Positions 39,330 through 48,685 of a stretch of DNA of 64,000 bases are shown here, piece after piece. Position numbers and translations under genes: made by a program. The stretch lies in contig CBFGJG010000004.1 of assembly GCA_965649055.1 (NCBI GenBank), positions 7,654-71,653 of the forward strand, given 5' to 3'. Within the stretch, counting starts at the first letter, position 1; every line of letters begins with the position of its first letter. Source of the DNA: a candidate division WOR-3 bacterium (GTDB lineage Bacteria; Hydrothermota; UBA3072; B12-G15). The notes under the pieces were generated by a model that ran no database searches, was not told the DNA's origin, and worked only from the letters and a program-made list of their open reading frames with translations.

Positions 39330-40797
39330 AAATTTCTCCCGGTATCTTAAAAATAATATGGAATCCTATTTTATCATTTTTAGCCCAGATTTTACCATTA
39401 TGTGCTTCTATAATACTCTTACATATTGAAAGTCCGAGACCCATTCCACCATATTTTCTGCTTGAATCAACATCAATCTGGTAAAATGGTTCAAATATCA
39501 TACTGAGTTTTTTTTCTGGTATTTTTTCGCTATTGTTGTAAAAATCAAATAAAACAAATTCTCTGCCATTCTCATTCAATAATGAGTTATTAATCTTAAT
39601 AAACCCATTTTCAGGTGTGAATTTTGAAGCGTTAAGGAGTATATTTTCGAAGACATTCTTTATTTTTTCTTTATCAACTATACAATCTTTTACTTCAAGA
39701 TTAATCTCTGTTTTTATATTTTTATTTTCAAGATATGGTGAAAAATCCTGCAATGTATCTTTAATTATCTTTTCAATATTTGTTTTTTCAGGTTCTATTT
39801 TTACACCTTCAAGAAGGTATTGGGAGATTTGTAATAAGGAATGTATGTCTTTATTCAGTCTTTCAAGGTTTCTTTTTATAATCTCAAGACTTTTCCTCTG
39901 CTTTTCATTGGGTTCTCCAAGTTTACCCTTCAAAAGGTAATCAACATAACCTAAGGATGCAGTTAAAGGCGTTCTCAATTCGTGGGAAATATTCGCAATC
40001 ATCTGTGTCTTTTGCTTATCCCTTTCTTTCAGCTCGTTTACTAAGTTTTTTAAATCCATAATATTTATTCTTATCCTTTCAGACATAAAATTAAAAGTAT
40101 CGGCTAATTCCTGGAATTCATCATTTGTCTTTATCTTTATAACCCTGGAAAAATCACCTTTTGCTATTTCTTTAGCAGCGTTTTCAAGAATTGAAATATT
40201 AGAGGTTATAAGACCTGAGAGGAATATAGAGATTATTGCGCTTAGTATTAATATAATGAATAGGATTGTGGAAGAAATTTTTATAATGTTACTGATTTCT
40301 TTCTTTAACCTGTCATATGAGAAATAATAAACAATAGAAAATCTATGAACACCAAATCCATCAATATAAGGGTATATTATTCTAATATCTGAACTTTTTA
40401 ATGTTTTAGGTTCAAGCGATTTTAAGTTGTCTAAAACAAACTTATCGTCAGTATATCTTATTTTCTGGTTTGTTGGCATGCTTGACTCGGTAAAATCAGA
40501 ATCAAAGAGTATTTCACCATATAAATCAATAATCTGCAATTTTTTTAAGTCATTTGAAAGGGTAATATGTGTTATTATGAATTCTCTGAATTTGAAATAT
40601 AAACTATGGTAATATCTGATATACATATCGGCAAATTTATCATAAGTTATCCTTGAGAAAGTCTCAGCATTTTTATAAAATTCTTCCTTTAATTGTCTAT
40701 ATGATGAAAGTAAAAAAGATATATAAAGTATAACATATATAATTATCACTCCCAGAGTTATTATTATACTCACTTTGTATCTAAAAGGTATCTTCAT
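39301..40797 (-). CDS. Sensor histidine kinase (2 TM, ~150-aa periplasmic domain, HAMP, HisKA, HATPase_c)
   Basis: H-box 'ISHELRTPLTA', 'FEPFYQ' and G-box 'GGMGLGLSI'. Confidence 0.85.
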   Translation of the reverse strand: MKIPFRYKVSIIITLGVIIIYVILYISFLLSSYRQLKEEFYKNAETFSRITYDKFADMYIRYYHSLYFKFREFIITHITLSNDLKKLQIIDLYGEILFDSDFTESSMPTNQKIRYTDDKFVLDNLKSLEPKTLKSSDIRIIYPYIDGFGVHRFSIVYYFSYDRLKKEISNIIKISSTILFIILILSAIISIFLSGLITSNISILENAAKEIAKGDFSRVIKIKTNDEFQELADTFNFMSERIRINIMDLKNLVNELKERDKQKTQMIANISHELRTPLTASLGYVDYLLKGKLGEPNEKQRKSLEIIKRNLERLNKDIHSLLQISQYLLEGVKIEPEKTNIEKIIKDTLQDFSPYLENKNIKTEINLEVKDCIVDKEKIKNVFENILLNASKFTPENGFIKINNSLLNENGREFVLFDFYNNSEKIPEKKLSMIFEPFYQIDVDSSRKYGGMGLGLSICKSIIEAHNGKIWAKNDKIGFHIIFKIPGEIYEKKKNTNN

Positions 40798-42266
40798 TTT
40801 ATAACCTTTATTTCCTTTAACATTAATGTTTTATCCAGCCTTGGAGTCCATTTTATTCTTTTTGAAAGAACAAAAACATCCTTTTCCCAAACTATTGGTA
40901 TCTTTGGTATATCTTCAAGTATTAATCTCTGAACATATTGTAATCGTTCCAGAATGAGGTTTTCATCTGTTGTTCTTGAAAGTTCTTCCATAATACTATC
41001 AGCATATTTATTCGAATAACCAATATTATTCTGTGTCCCATATCCTTTTTCAGGTTCGTATGTGTGGAAAGAATTTGAAATAATGCTAATACCATCATAT
41101 GAAGTGGGAATCCTTGCAATAATATATAAATATGATTCTCTTTTTTCGACTTTTTCCCAGTACTTATCAGATGGGAGGGGATTCTTTTTTATTTTTAAAC
41201 CTATATTTTCAAGGTCTTCTATTATACCTTCTGCTATTGGTGCCCTTGCATACGAATAGTCAAATGTAAGTTCAGGAATATTGTTAATCTTAGATATAAT
41301 TTTTTTTGCTTCTTCAGGGTCGAATTTAATAGGTTCAATTGAAAAATCAAATCCGAAAACACCAGGAGTGAAAAATTGATTAGCAGGAGTTGCAAAACCA
41401 TTATATACAGTGCTGCATAATCTTTCCCTGTTTATACCTATATTTAATGCGTATCTAAAATCTTTCTTACTGAAAGGGTATTTTTTAAGGTTAAATTCAA
41501 GGAATCTTATTCCTATTCCCGGGGTTGTAACAACCTTTCCGTATTTTGAAAACTCATCAACCTGAGAAAGTGGAACATAAGATACAATATCAGCAATACC
41601 TTCTTTTAATAATCTTAACTTTTCATTGGAATCACGTATATAAAGATATTTTGCCCTTGAAACATCCGGTCTTTTATTCCAGTATTTATTATTCCTTATA
41701 AGTATGAGTTCTTTATCATCCATTTTTTCAAATCTGTAAGGGCCTGTTCCACAAGGGGTATTTTCCATTGGGTCATATCCTTCTGGAATTATAAATACGA
41801 TGGAAATATCAAATAAAAGCGTTGAGTATGGATATTTCGTCTTTATAACAATCTTATTTTCATTTATTTTATAAATTGTATCAACCCTATCTTTGTAAAT
41901 ATTAATCTCCGAGTTTGGAATTTTAAGAGGTCTTTTTAAAGAATAAATTACATCTTCAGGTTTCAATAATTTTCCATTATGAAAATATACGTTTTTTCTC
42001 AATGTGAATACCCAGGTCAAACTATCTTTCTTCTCCCAGTATTCTGCAAGGACACCTGTTATTTTCATATTTGCGTCAAATCCAACAATTGGTTCGTATA
42101 TATTCGAAAGAATTGAAATAACAGGTAGTTCACGGACTGCATGCGGTTCAAGGGTTGATGGCGGTGAATCTATAATGATAGTAATTTCATTTTTTTTATT
42201 GTTACATCCTGAAAAAATAAATATTATTAAAAGGATAAATAGATAATATCTCACAAATTCCTCCAT
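40794..42266 (-). CDS. Solute-binding protein family 5 (peptide/nickel-type) lipoprotein, probably an accessory sensor partner of the kinase
   Basis: The start is reassigned to Met 42266 (signal peptide + 'FSGC' lipobox); the ORF track extends to 42446. It has the SBP_bac_5 architecture and is translationally coupled to the HK, with TGA/ATG overlap at 40794-40797. Confidence 0.65.
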   Translation of the reverse strand: MEEFVRYYLFILLIIFIFSGCNNKKNEITIIIDSPPSTLEPHAVRELPVISILSNIYEPIVGFDANMKITGVLAEYWEKKDSLTWVFTLRKNVYFHNGKLLKPEDVIYSLKRPLKIPNSEINIYKDRVDTIYKINENKIVIKTKYPYSTLLFDISIVFIIPEGYDPMENTPCGTGPYRFEKMDDKELILIRNNKYWNKRPDVSRAKYLYIRDSNEKLRLLKEGIADIVSYVPLSQVDEFSKYGKVVTTPGIGIRFLEFNLKKYPFSKKDFRYALNIGINRERLCSTVYNGFATPANQFFTPGVFGFDFSIEPIKFDPEEAKKIISKINNIPELTFDYSYARAPIAEGIIEDLENIGLKIKKNPLPSDKYWEKVEKRESYLYIIARIPTSYDGISIISNSFHTYEPEKGYGTQNNIGYSNKYADSIMEELSRTTDENLILERLQYVQRLILEDIPKIPIVWEKDVFVLSKRIKWTPRLDKTLMLKEIKVIK

Positions 42267-42354
42267 TAATATTTTAATAATATTTTTTCTTATGTCAATA
42301 ATTTCCTTGAAAAATAAAAAATTTATCATATTATTTATAAAAAACGGAGGTTTT

Positions 42355-42582
42355 ATGAAAATTGCAATAGAGGATATTATAAAAAGAATAAACAGTAAAT
42401 ACAAGGCAACGGTTATTATAGCACTTGATGCAGAAAGATTGAACAAAATCAGGAAAGAAACAAATTTTATGAGCGAGGTTGAAACACCGGAAGAGAAAAC
42501 GATAATTCAGGCTATGAGAAGATTCATAGAAGGTAAGATACAATACAAATTTATTGAAGATGAACAGGATACTAAAAAATAA
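42355..42582 (+). CDS. Small hypothetical protein (75 aa)
   Basis: GGAGG RBS 7 nt upstream of ATG 42355. No recognisable family. Confidence 0.3.
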   Translation: MKIAIEDIIKRINSKYKATVIIALDAERLNKIRKETNFMSEVETPEEKTIIQAMRRFIEGKIQYKFIEDEQDTKK

Positions 42583-43726
42583 AAAAATACTGATAGGAAT
42601 TTCAGGCGGAATAGCTGCGTATAAAGTGCCTGAACTTGTAAGGAATCTTTTGTTAAACGGTGCAGAAGTAAAAGTAGTTCTTACTGAGAATGGTGCAAGG
42701 TTTGTTTCAAAATACACACTTGAAATACTTACCGGTGGAAATGTGTACACTGATATGTTCTCCGGAGGGATTCCACACATCAAATTTGCAGAAGAATCGG
42801 ACCTGATTGCGGTAATTCCAGCAACATACAATATAATAGGGAAAATAGCAGGTGGTATCGCTGACGACCTTCTTACAACGGTTATCTCAGCATCTAAAAA
42901 AAGTAAGATTTTATTCCCTTCAATGAATACAGCAATGCTTGAAAATCCAATATTTATAAAAAATATTGAATACCTTAAATCTCTGGGATACGAAATAGTC
43001 GAACCATCCGAAGGAATTCTTGCCTGTGGAGCTTCCGGGAAGGGCAGGTTACCGGATATGGAAATCATACTATTCCATATTTGCAGGGCACTTTCAGATA
43101 ACAGTTTTAAAGGTAAAAGGATAATGATAACAGCAGGGGCTACTTGTGAGAAGATAGACCCTGTAAGGATAATTACAAATTCATCATCCGGGAAAATGGG
43201 ACTGGAGATTGCAAAGACATTCACACTCCTTGGTGGAGATGTCCTGCTTATTATGGGAGGTCATTCTGTTCATATCCCCCCTTATATAAATGTCAAAAAA
43301 TACGAAAATTCAGATGAATTATACTCACTGGTGATGAATAATATAGGAAATACGGATATACTTATAATGGCTGCAGCTGTATCTGATTTCAAACCGGAAT
43401 TTCATCCACACAAGATAAAAAGGGATAAAGAGCTCATACTTAAACTTATACCAACCGTTGATATACTTAAGGAAGTTGCAAAAATAAGGGAGAAACAGAT
43501 TATAGTCGGATTCTGTTTAGAGGAAGAGGCAAATGTGGTAGAGGAAGGTTTAAGGAAGATGAAAGAAAAAAATTGTGATATAATGATAGCGAATACTACA
43601 AGTTCAATAGGAAGTGATATTGCGAAGGGGTATATTCTTTACAATAAAAATGAAGAATACTTTGAAATGACCAAGGAGGAATTGTCTTGGCACCTGACAA
43701 ATATAATCAGGCAATTTTATATTTGA
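42554..43726 (+). CDS. coaBC: Bifunctional phosphopantothenoylcysteine decarboxylase / phosphopantothenate-cysteine ligase
   Basis: Flavoprotein N-domain 'ILIGISGGIAAYK' and DFP C-domain 'ITAGATCEKIDPVRIITNSSSGKMG'. Confidence 0.9.
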   Translation: MKMNRILKNKKILIGISGGIAAYKVPELVRNLLLNGAEVKVVLTENGARFVSKYTLEILTGGNVYTDMFSGGIPHIKFAEESDLIAVIPATYNIIGKIAGGIADDLLTTVISASKKSKILFPSMNTAMLENPIFIKNIEYLKSLGYEIVEPSEGILACGASGKGRLPDMEIILFHICRALSDNSFKGKRIMITAGATCEKIDPVRIITNSSSGKMGLEIAKTFTLLGGDVLLIMGGHSVHIPPYINVKKYENSDELYSLVMNNIGNTDILIMAAAVSDFKPEFHPHKIKRDKELILKLIPTVDILKEVAKIREKQIIVGFCLEEEANVVEEGLRKMKEKNCDIMIANTTSSIGSDIAKGYILYNKNEEYFEMTKEELSWHLTNIIRQFYI

Positions 43727-44328
43727 ACTATTTAAAGACAATTGGAATGGAAGAAATTATTTTGAGAACAGATAAGATATCATTATACAAGGATTTAATT
43801 AGAAAGATAAACGAATGCAAAGATTGCGAACTTTATAAAGGAAGACTTAACGCAGTCCCCGGTTCAGGTTCAATTTTTTCAAAACTTATGGTAATTGGTG
43901 AGGCCCCAGGTGAAAAAGAAGATAATGTTGGTCTACCTTTTGTTGGTCCATCAGGACAGAAACTTACTTTATGGCTTAAAGAAATCGGGATACAAAGAGA
44001 AGATATATATATTACAAATGTTGTTAAATGCAGACCACCGCATAACAGGGAACCAACAATAGAAGAAGTTTCTAAATGTAGAAAATTCCTTGATTTTCAG
44101 GTTGAATTTATAAAACCAACTATTATTTTATTACTCGGGAATATTGCTCTTGAATATTTTACCGGTGAAAGAAAAGGAATTATGAAAAGAAGAGGAATTG
44201 TTTTTAGTTATAAAAATATTTTAGTTCTTCCCACATATCATCCTTCCTTTATACTTTCAAATCCAGATAGAGAAGAAGAAGTTAAAACAGATTTTAAAAA
44301 ATTAAAGGAATTATACTATGAACATTAA
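43687..44328 (+). CDS. Uracil-DNA glycosylase, family 4
   Basis: 'GEAPGEKEDNVGLPFVGPSGQKL' and 'HPS' motifs. The N-terminal Cys cluster is typical of UDG4. Confidence 0.85.
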   Translation: MAPDKYNQAILYLNYLKTIGMEEIILRTDKISLYKDLIRKINECKDCELYKGRLNAVPGSGSIFSKLMVIGEAPGEKEDNVGLPFVGPSGQKLTLWLKEIGIQREDIYITNVVKCRPPHNREPTIEEVSKCRKFLDFQVEFIKPTIILLLGNIALEYFTGERKGIMKRRGIVFSYKNILVLPTYHPSFILSNPDREEEVKTDFKKLKELYYEH

Positions 44329-45670
44329 ATCATTACCAAATGCTGTTGATATTGAAAAAATAGTTCTTGCATCTATGTTTATGGACATAGATGCAATTGG
44401 TAAAGTTGTTGAAATATTGCAACCCGAAGATTTTTATTCTGAACAGCATAAAAAGATTTGCAAAGCAATTTATAATCTTTACGAGAGGGGAAGACCTATA
44501 GATATGGTTCTTGTTATCGAAGAATTAAAAAGTGAGGGACAGTTTGAAGCAGCAGGCGGAAGCGCCTACTTTGCTGAAATTTCAGAGGCAGCAGTTTCAA
44601 GTGCAAATATTGAATCTTATGCTGAAATTATAAGGGAAAAGGCTATACTCAGAGAGATTATAAAATCAGGGAATCTGATGATAGAGGATGCATACAAAGA
44701 AAATTACGAGATAGAAGAACTCCTTGATAAAGCGGAATCAAGAATATTTAACATAAGAACAAAAAGGAAAAGAGGCGAAATAAAGAAAGTGAATGAATCA
44801 CTCAGTGAAATATTTAAAATAATTGAAAAAAGGAATAAGGAAAAATCTCATATAACAGGCATACCAACCGGATTTTCAAGACTTGACAACTGCACATCTG
44901 GTTTACAGAACGGTGAAATGATTATTATAGCAGGTAGACCTTCAACAGGTAAAACTGCTATTGCTTTGAATATGGCTTCAAGAATGGCCCTTGAGTCCCG
45001 TATACCTGTCCTTTTTTTCTCACTTGAAATGCACTATGAACAGCTTTTGTATAGGCTCATATCTTCTGAATCAGGTGTTCCCAGCTTAAATATAAGGACA
45101 GGATATTTTACAGAACAACAATTCAAAGATATATCTTTTGCTATTGCTAAACTAAATAAAGCACCAATATGGATTGATTCAACACCCGGGATTAATATTT
45201 TTGAGTTCAGGGCAAAGGCAAGAAGAATGAAAAAAAACGAGAATATAGGAATTATTTTTGTTGACTATCTACAATTAATATCAGGACCTAAGGCTGAAAA
45301 TAGAACCCAGGAGGTTTCTGCGATATCAAGGGCTCTAAAAGGTATTGCAATGGAGCTTAATATTCCTGTTGTAGCAATATCACAACTTTCAAGAGCACCA
45401 AAGGAAAAAATTTCACGAAAAGGTGAAGAACCACCACCTGTTCTTTCAGACCTGAGAGAATCCGGTCAGATAGAACAGGACGCAGATGTTGTTGTTTTAC
45501 TACACAGGGAAAGAATTGAAGGTGAAAATGTTGATCAAATTCCCGAGATGATCAAGATAAAAGTTAATATTGCAAAGAATAGAAATGGCCCTATTGATAT
45601 GTTTGAACTTGGATTTATAAAGAATATAGTTCAATTTAGAGAAATTGCAGAATTAGCAGGAGAAGAATAG
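44318..45670 (+). CDS. dnaB: Replicative DNA helicase DnaB
   Basis: N-terminal 'AVDIEKIVLASMF', Walker A 'GRPSTGKTA', 'DYLQLI' and 'SQLSR'. Confidence 0.95.
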   Translation: MNIKSLPNAVDIEKIVLASMFMDIDAIGKVVEILQPEDFYSEQHKKICKAIYNLYERGRPIDMVLVIEELKSEGQFEAAGGSAYFAEISEAAVSSANIESYAEIIREKAILREIIKSGNLMIEDAYKENYEIEELLDKAESRIFNIRTKRKRGEIKKVNESLSEIFKIIEKRNKEKSHITGIPTGFSRLDNCTSGLQNGEMIIIAGRPSTGKTAIALNMASRMALESRIPVLFFSLEMHYEQLLYRLISSESGVPSLNIRTGYFTEQQFKDISFAIAKLNKAPIWIDSTPGINIFEFRAKARRMKKNENIGIIFVDYLQLISGPKAENRTQEVSAISRALKGIAMELNIPVVAISQLSRAPKEKISRKGEEPPPVLSDLRESGQIEQDADVVVLLHRERIEGENVDQIPEMIKIKVNIAKNRNGPIDMFELGFIKNIVQFREIAELAGEE

Positions 45671-46399
45671 GTGATAAAGATAGAAAATGTTCATAAATCA
45701 TTTAATGATAATTATGTTTTAAAAGGGGTAAACCTTGAGATAAAAAACGGCGAGACTATTGTTATTATTGGTAAAAGTGGATGCGGAAAGAGTGTTCTCT
45801 TAAAACATATCATGGGTCTTATAAAACCTGACAGGGGTAAAATTATTGTCGATGATATAGATATCACATCTGGCAAGAATAACCTTTTTGAGATTAGAAA
45901 AAAGTTTGGGCTTGTTTTTCAGAGTGCTGCATTGTTTGATTCATTGACAGTGGCAGAGAATGTTATTATAGGCCTTATTGAACAGAGAAAACTGAAAATG
46001 GAAGAAATGATGAAGATAGCAAGCGAAAAGTTAAGACTCGTTGGTTTAAATAATATTGAGTCTTTAAAGCCGGCTGAGCTATCTGGTGGTATGAAAAAAA
46101 GGGTAGGTATTGCAAGGGCACTTGCACTTGACCCTGAATATATTCTTTATGATGAACCGACAACAGGGCTTGATCCAATTATGGCTGATAAGATAAATAT
46201 GCTTATAATAGATTTGAAGAAAAGACTCAATAAAACAACCATTGTGGTTACACATGATATGCATAGCGCATTTAAAATCGGTGATAGAATTGCAATGCTT
46301 AACGATGGAAAGATAATATTTGAGGGAAAACCGGAAGAACTTCTAAAGTCAAAGATTGAAGAAGTAAGAGAGTTTATACAGAGTTCATCAGTCGGTTAA
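45671..46399 (+). CDS. ABC transporter ATP-binding protein, MlaF-like (GTG start), with no adjacent permease
   Basis: 'GKSGCGKS', 'LSGGMKKRVGIARAL' and 'LYDEPTTGLD'. Confidence 0.8.
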   Translation: MIKIENVHKSFNDNYVLKGVNLEIKNGETIVIIGKSGCGKSVLLKHIMGLIKPDRGKIIVDDIDITSGKNNLFEIRKKFGLVFQSAALFDSLTVAENVIIGLIEQRKLKMEEMMKIASEKLRLVGLNNIESLKPAELSGGMKKRVGIARALALDPEYILYDEPTTGLDPIMADKINMLIIDLKKRLNKTTIVVTHDMHSAFKIGDRIAMLNDGKIIFEGKPEELLKSKIEEVREFIQSSSVG

Positions 46400-47736
46400 T
46401 GAAAGAAAAAAAGACATTCATCTGTCAGAACTGTGGATATGAAAGCCCTAAATGGCTTGGAAGATGTCCTAATTGTAATGAGTGGAATACATTTGTTGAG
46501 GAAATCCAAAGAAGGAAAGAAGTAAAAAATGTTAGAAATGTTTTTCCTTTAAATTTTAAAGAAGTAGAAAGTGTATCTGTAGAAAGGATAAAAACAGGTA
46601 TTGGGGAGTTCGACAGGGTTCTCGGCGGTGGAATAGTTAAAGGTTCCCTTGTTCTTATAGGTGGTGATCCTGGAATAGGAAAATCTACACTTCTTACGAG
46701 TATCAGTGGTTCGTATTCTTCTATGAATAGAAAGGTTCTTTATGTATCAGGTGAAGAATCTATATATCAGGTTAAAATGAGGATAGAGAGGTTAAAAATT
46801 CATAATGAAAATGTTTTTTTCCTTTCGGAAACAGAGATTAACAGTATAATAGAAGCAGTGAATAGATTTGGCCCTGAACTTTTAATAATAGATTCAATAC
46901 AAACTATGTATTCGGAAGAGATTGACCTGCCGGCCGGAAGTGTTTCACAGGTCAGGGATGTGACTTTTAAATTGATGAATCTTTCAAAGAGTTCCGGAAT
47001 AACAACAATGATAATTGGTCATATAACAAAAACAGGTGTTATTGCTGGACCGAAAACACTTGAACATATGGTTGATACTGTTTTATACCTTGAGGGTGAT
47101 ACAAACTATTTATTCAGAATATTAAGGACCGTGAAGAATAGATTTGGTTCTACAAACGAGATAGGTGTTTTTGAACTAACAGAAGAAGGTTTAAAAGAGG
47201 TTACAAATCCATCTTCTTATCTAATTGAAAATAGAGTGAAAGATGAACCGGGAAATACTATTGTTCCAACAGTTCAAGGGACAAGACCAATATTGATAGA
47301 GATACAATCACTTGTGATACCGGCAAGATACGGAGTTCCAATGAGGGTAGCGACTGGGATTGATTACAAAAGATTGAATATGCTTATCGCAATAATTGAA
47401 AAAAGACTTGGTTATAATATAGGCACCAACGATATATTCTGTAATATTACCGGTGGTTTAAAGATTCTTGAACCTGCAATTGATACCGGGCTTATATTCT
47501 CTATTGTCTCAAGCTATCTTGGGAAAAAAATAGATGAAAATATATCAATGATAGGAGAAGTTGGTCTTTCAGGAGAAGTAAGGGCTGTTCCTTTTATTGA
47601 AAAAAGAATACAGGAATGTGAAAGAATGGGTGTTAAAAATTTTATTATGCCAAACCAGAATGTAAAGATAAGAGATGGAATAAATTTGATAAAGGTAAAG
47701 AATATAAAAGAAATTAAGGAGGAACTTAAACTTTGA
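46399..47736 (+). CDS. radA: DNA repair protein RadA/Sms
   Basis: 'CQNCGYESPKWLGRCPNCNEW' zinc finger, RecA-like 'GGDPGIGKST' and a Lon-like C-domain. Confidence 0.95.
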   Translation: MKEKKTFICQNCGYESPKWLGRCPNCNEWNTFVEEIQRRKEVKNVRNVFPLNFKEVESVSVERIKTGIGEFDRVLGGGIVKGSLVLIGGDPGIGKSTLLTSISGSYSSMNRKVLYVSGEESIYQVKMRIERLKIHNENVFFLSETEINSIIEAVNRFGPELLIIDSIQTMYSEEIDLPAGSVSQVRDVTFKLMNLSKSSGITTMIIGHITKTGVIAGPKTLEHMVDTVLYLEGDTNYLFRILRTVKNRFGSTNEIGVFELTEEGLKEVTNPSSYLIENRVKDEPGNTIVPTVQGTRPILIEIQSLVIPARYGVPMRVATGIDYKRLNMLIAIIEKRLGYNIGTNDIFCNITGGLKILEPAIDTGLIFSIVSSYLGKKIDENISMIGEVGLSGEVRAVPFIEKRIQECERMGVKNFIMPNQNVKIRDGINLIKVKNIKEIKEELKL

Positions 47737-48218
47737 GGAAAAAATATTACTTAATACATTTATCTGCAATTCTCGATGGAAGGATATTTATACTTATAAA
47801 AAATGGAATAATAGATGGGATTCCTTTAATTTCAGAAGAAGATGCTAAAAATCTTCCTGATGATATGAAGAAAAAAATAGAGAAAATAAAGATAATAAAA
47901 GGTAATATATTTAATGTCTCAAGAAAAATAAAATGTAAGGTTTTTATATGCAATGACAAAGAAACAGAATTAAAATTGAAATCAATAAGGGTTGATGTTG
48001 TAGACCTGTCAATTTTATCTGTTCTTTGCAGAAAGCCTTTAAAGTTAGGTGATGTTATAGATGTTCAAATATATAATAATAAAAATAGAATTTTTCTCGA
48101 TGACGGCACAGAGGTCTTTATTGAAGAGGTTTTACCTGAAGGTAGATTTAAATGCAGGATAACAGGGATTCTTGAGACAAATGATTCAAGAAAGATTAAT
48201 TGCGAGGTAATTAGATGA
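47733..48218 (+). CDS. Hypothetical protein, possibly a degenerate PilZ-like beta-barrel domain
   Basis: No strong motif. 'VDLSILSV' loosely resembles the PilZ D.S.GG element. It sits between radA and ispF, where PIN-TRAM (YacL) proteins are often found. Confidence 0.3.
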   Translation: MRKKYYLIHLSAILDGRIFILIKNGIIDGIPLISEEDAKNLPDDMKKKIEKIKIIKGNIFNVSRKIKCKVFICNDKETELKLKSIRVDVVDLSILSVLCRKPLKLGDVIDVQIYNNKNRIFLDDGTEVFIEEVLPEGRFKCRITGILETNDSRKINCEVIR

Positions 48219-48685
48219 GGATAGGAATAGGATACGATATTCACAGACTTGTCGAAGGAAGAGAATTTGTTCTTGGTGGAATTATTATACCTTCAAGAAA
48301 AGGTATGCTTGGTCATTCTGATGGTGACCCGTTAATACATTCAATCATTGATGCAATACTTGGTGCAACTTCACTCGGTAATATTGGGATTTATTTCCCT
48401 GATACTGACCCTAAATATAAGAATATTAAAAGCACGGAGTTACTAAAAGAAACTATGAAAATTATAAAAGGATATAAAATTATAAATATTGATTCGGTTG
48501 TGATATGTGAAGAACCCAAACTAACAGATTTTGTGGAGAGGATGAAAGAGAATCTCGGAAAGATAATGGGTATTTCTAAAAATTTAATTTCTGTTAAACC
48601 TAAAAGAAAAGAAGGTCTTGATTCAACCGGAAGGAATGAATCAGTTGAAGTTATTTCTGTATGTCTTTTGGAGGAGGAAAAATGA
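48215..48685 (+). CDS. ispF: 2-C-methyl-D-erythritol 2,4-cyclodiphosphate synthase
   Basis: 'RIGIGYDIHRL', 'HSDGDPLIHS' and 'DSVVICEEPKL'. Confidence 0.92.
   Translation: MRIGIGYDIHRLVEGREFVLGGIIIPSRKGMLGHSDGDPLIHSIIDAILGATSLGNIGIYFPDTDPKYKNIKSTELLKETMKIIKGYKIINIDSVVICEEPKLTDFVERMKENLGKIMGISKNLISVKPKRKEGLDSTGRNESVEVISVCLLEEEK

Noticed and set aside
42267-42446. Longer N-terminus (60 extra aa) for the solute-binding protein and the 42292 start for the small plus-strand ORF
   Set aside because: The extension is a poly-hydrophobic stretch upstream of an obvious signal peptide and lipobox at Met 42266. The plus-strand ORF has a proper RBS only at 42355.
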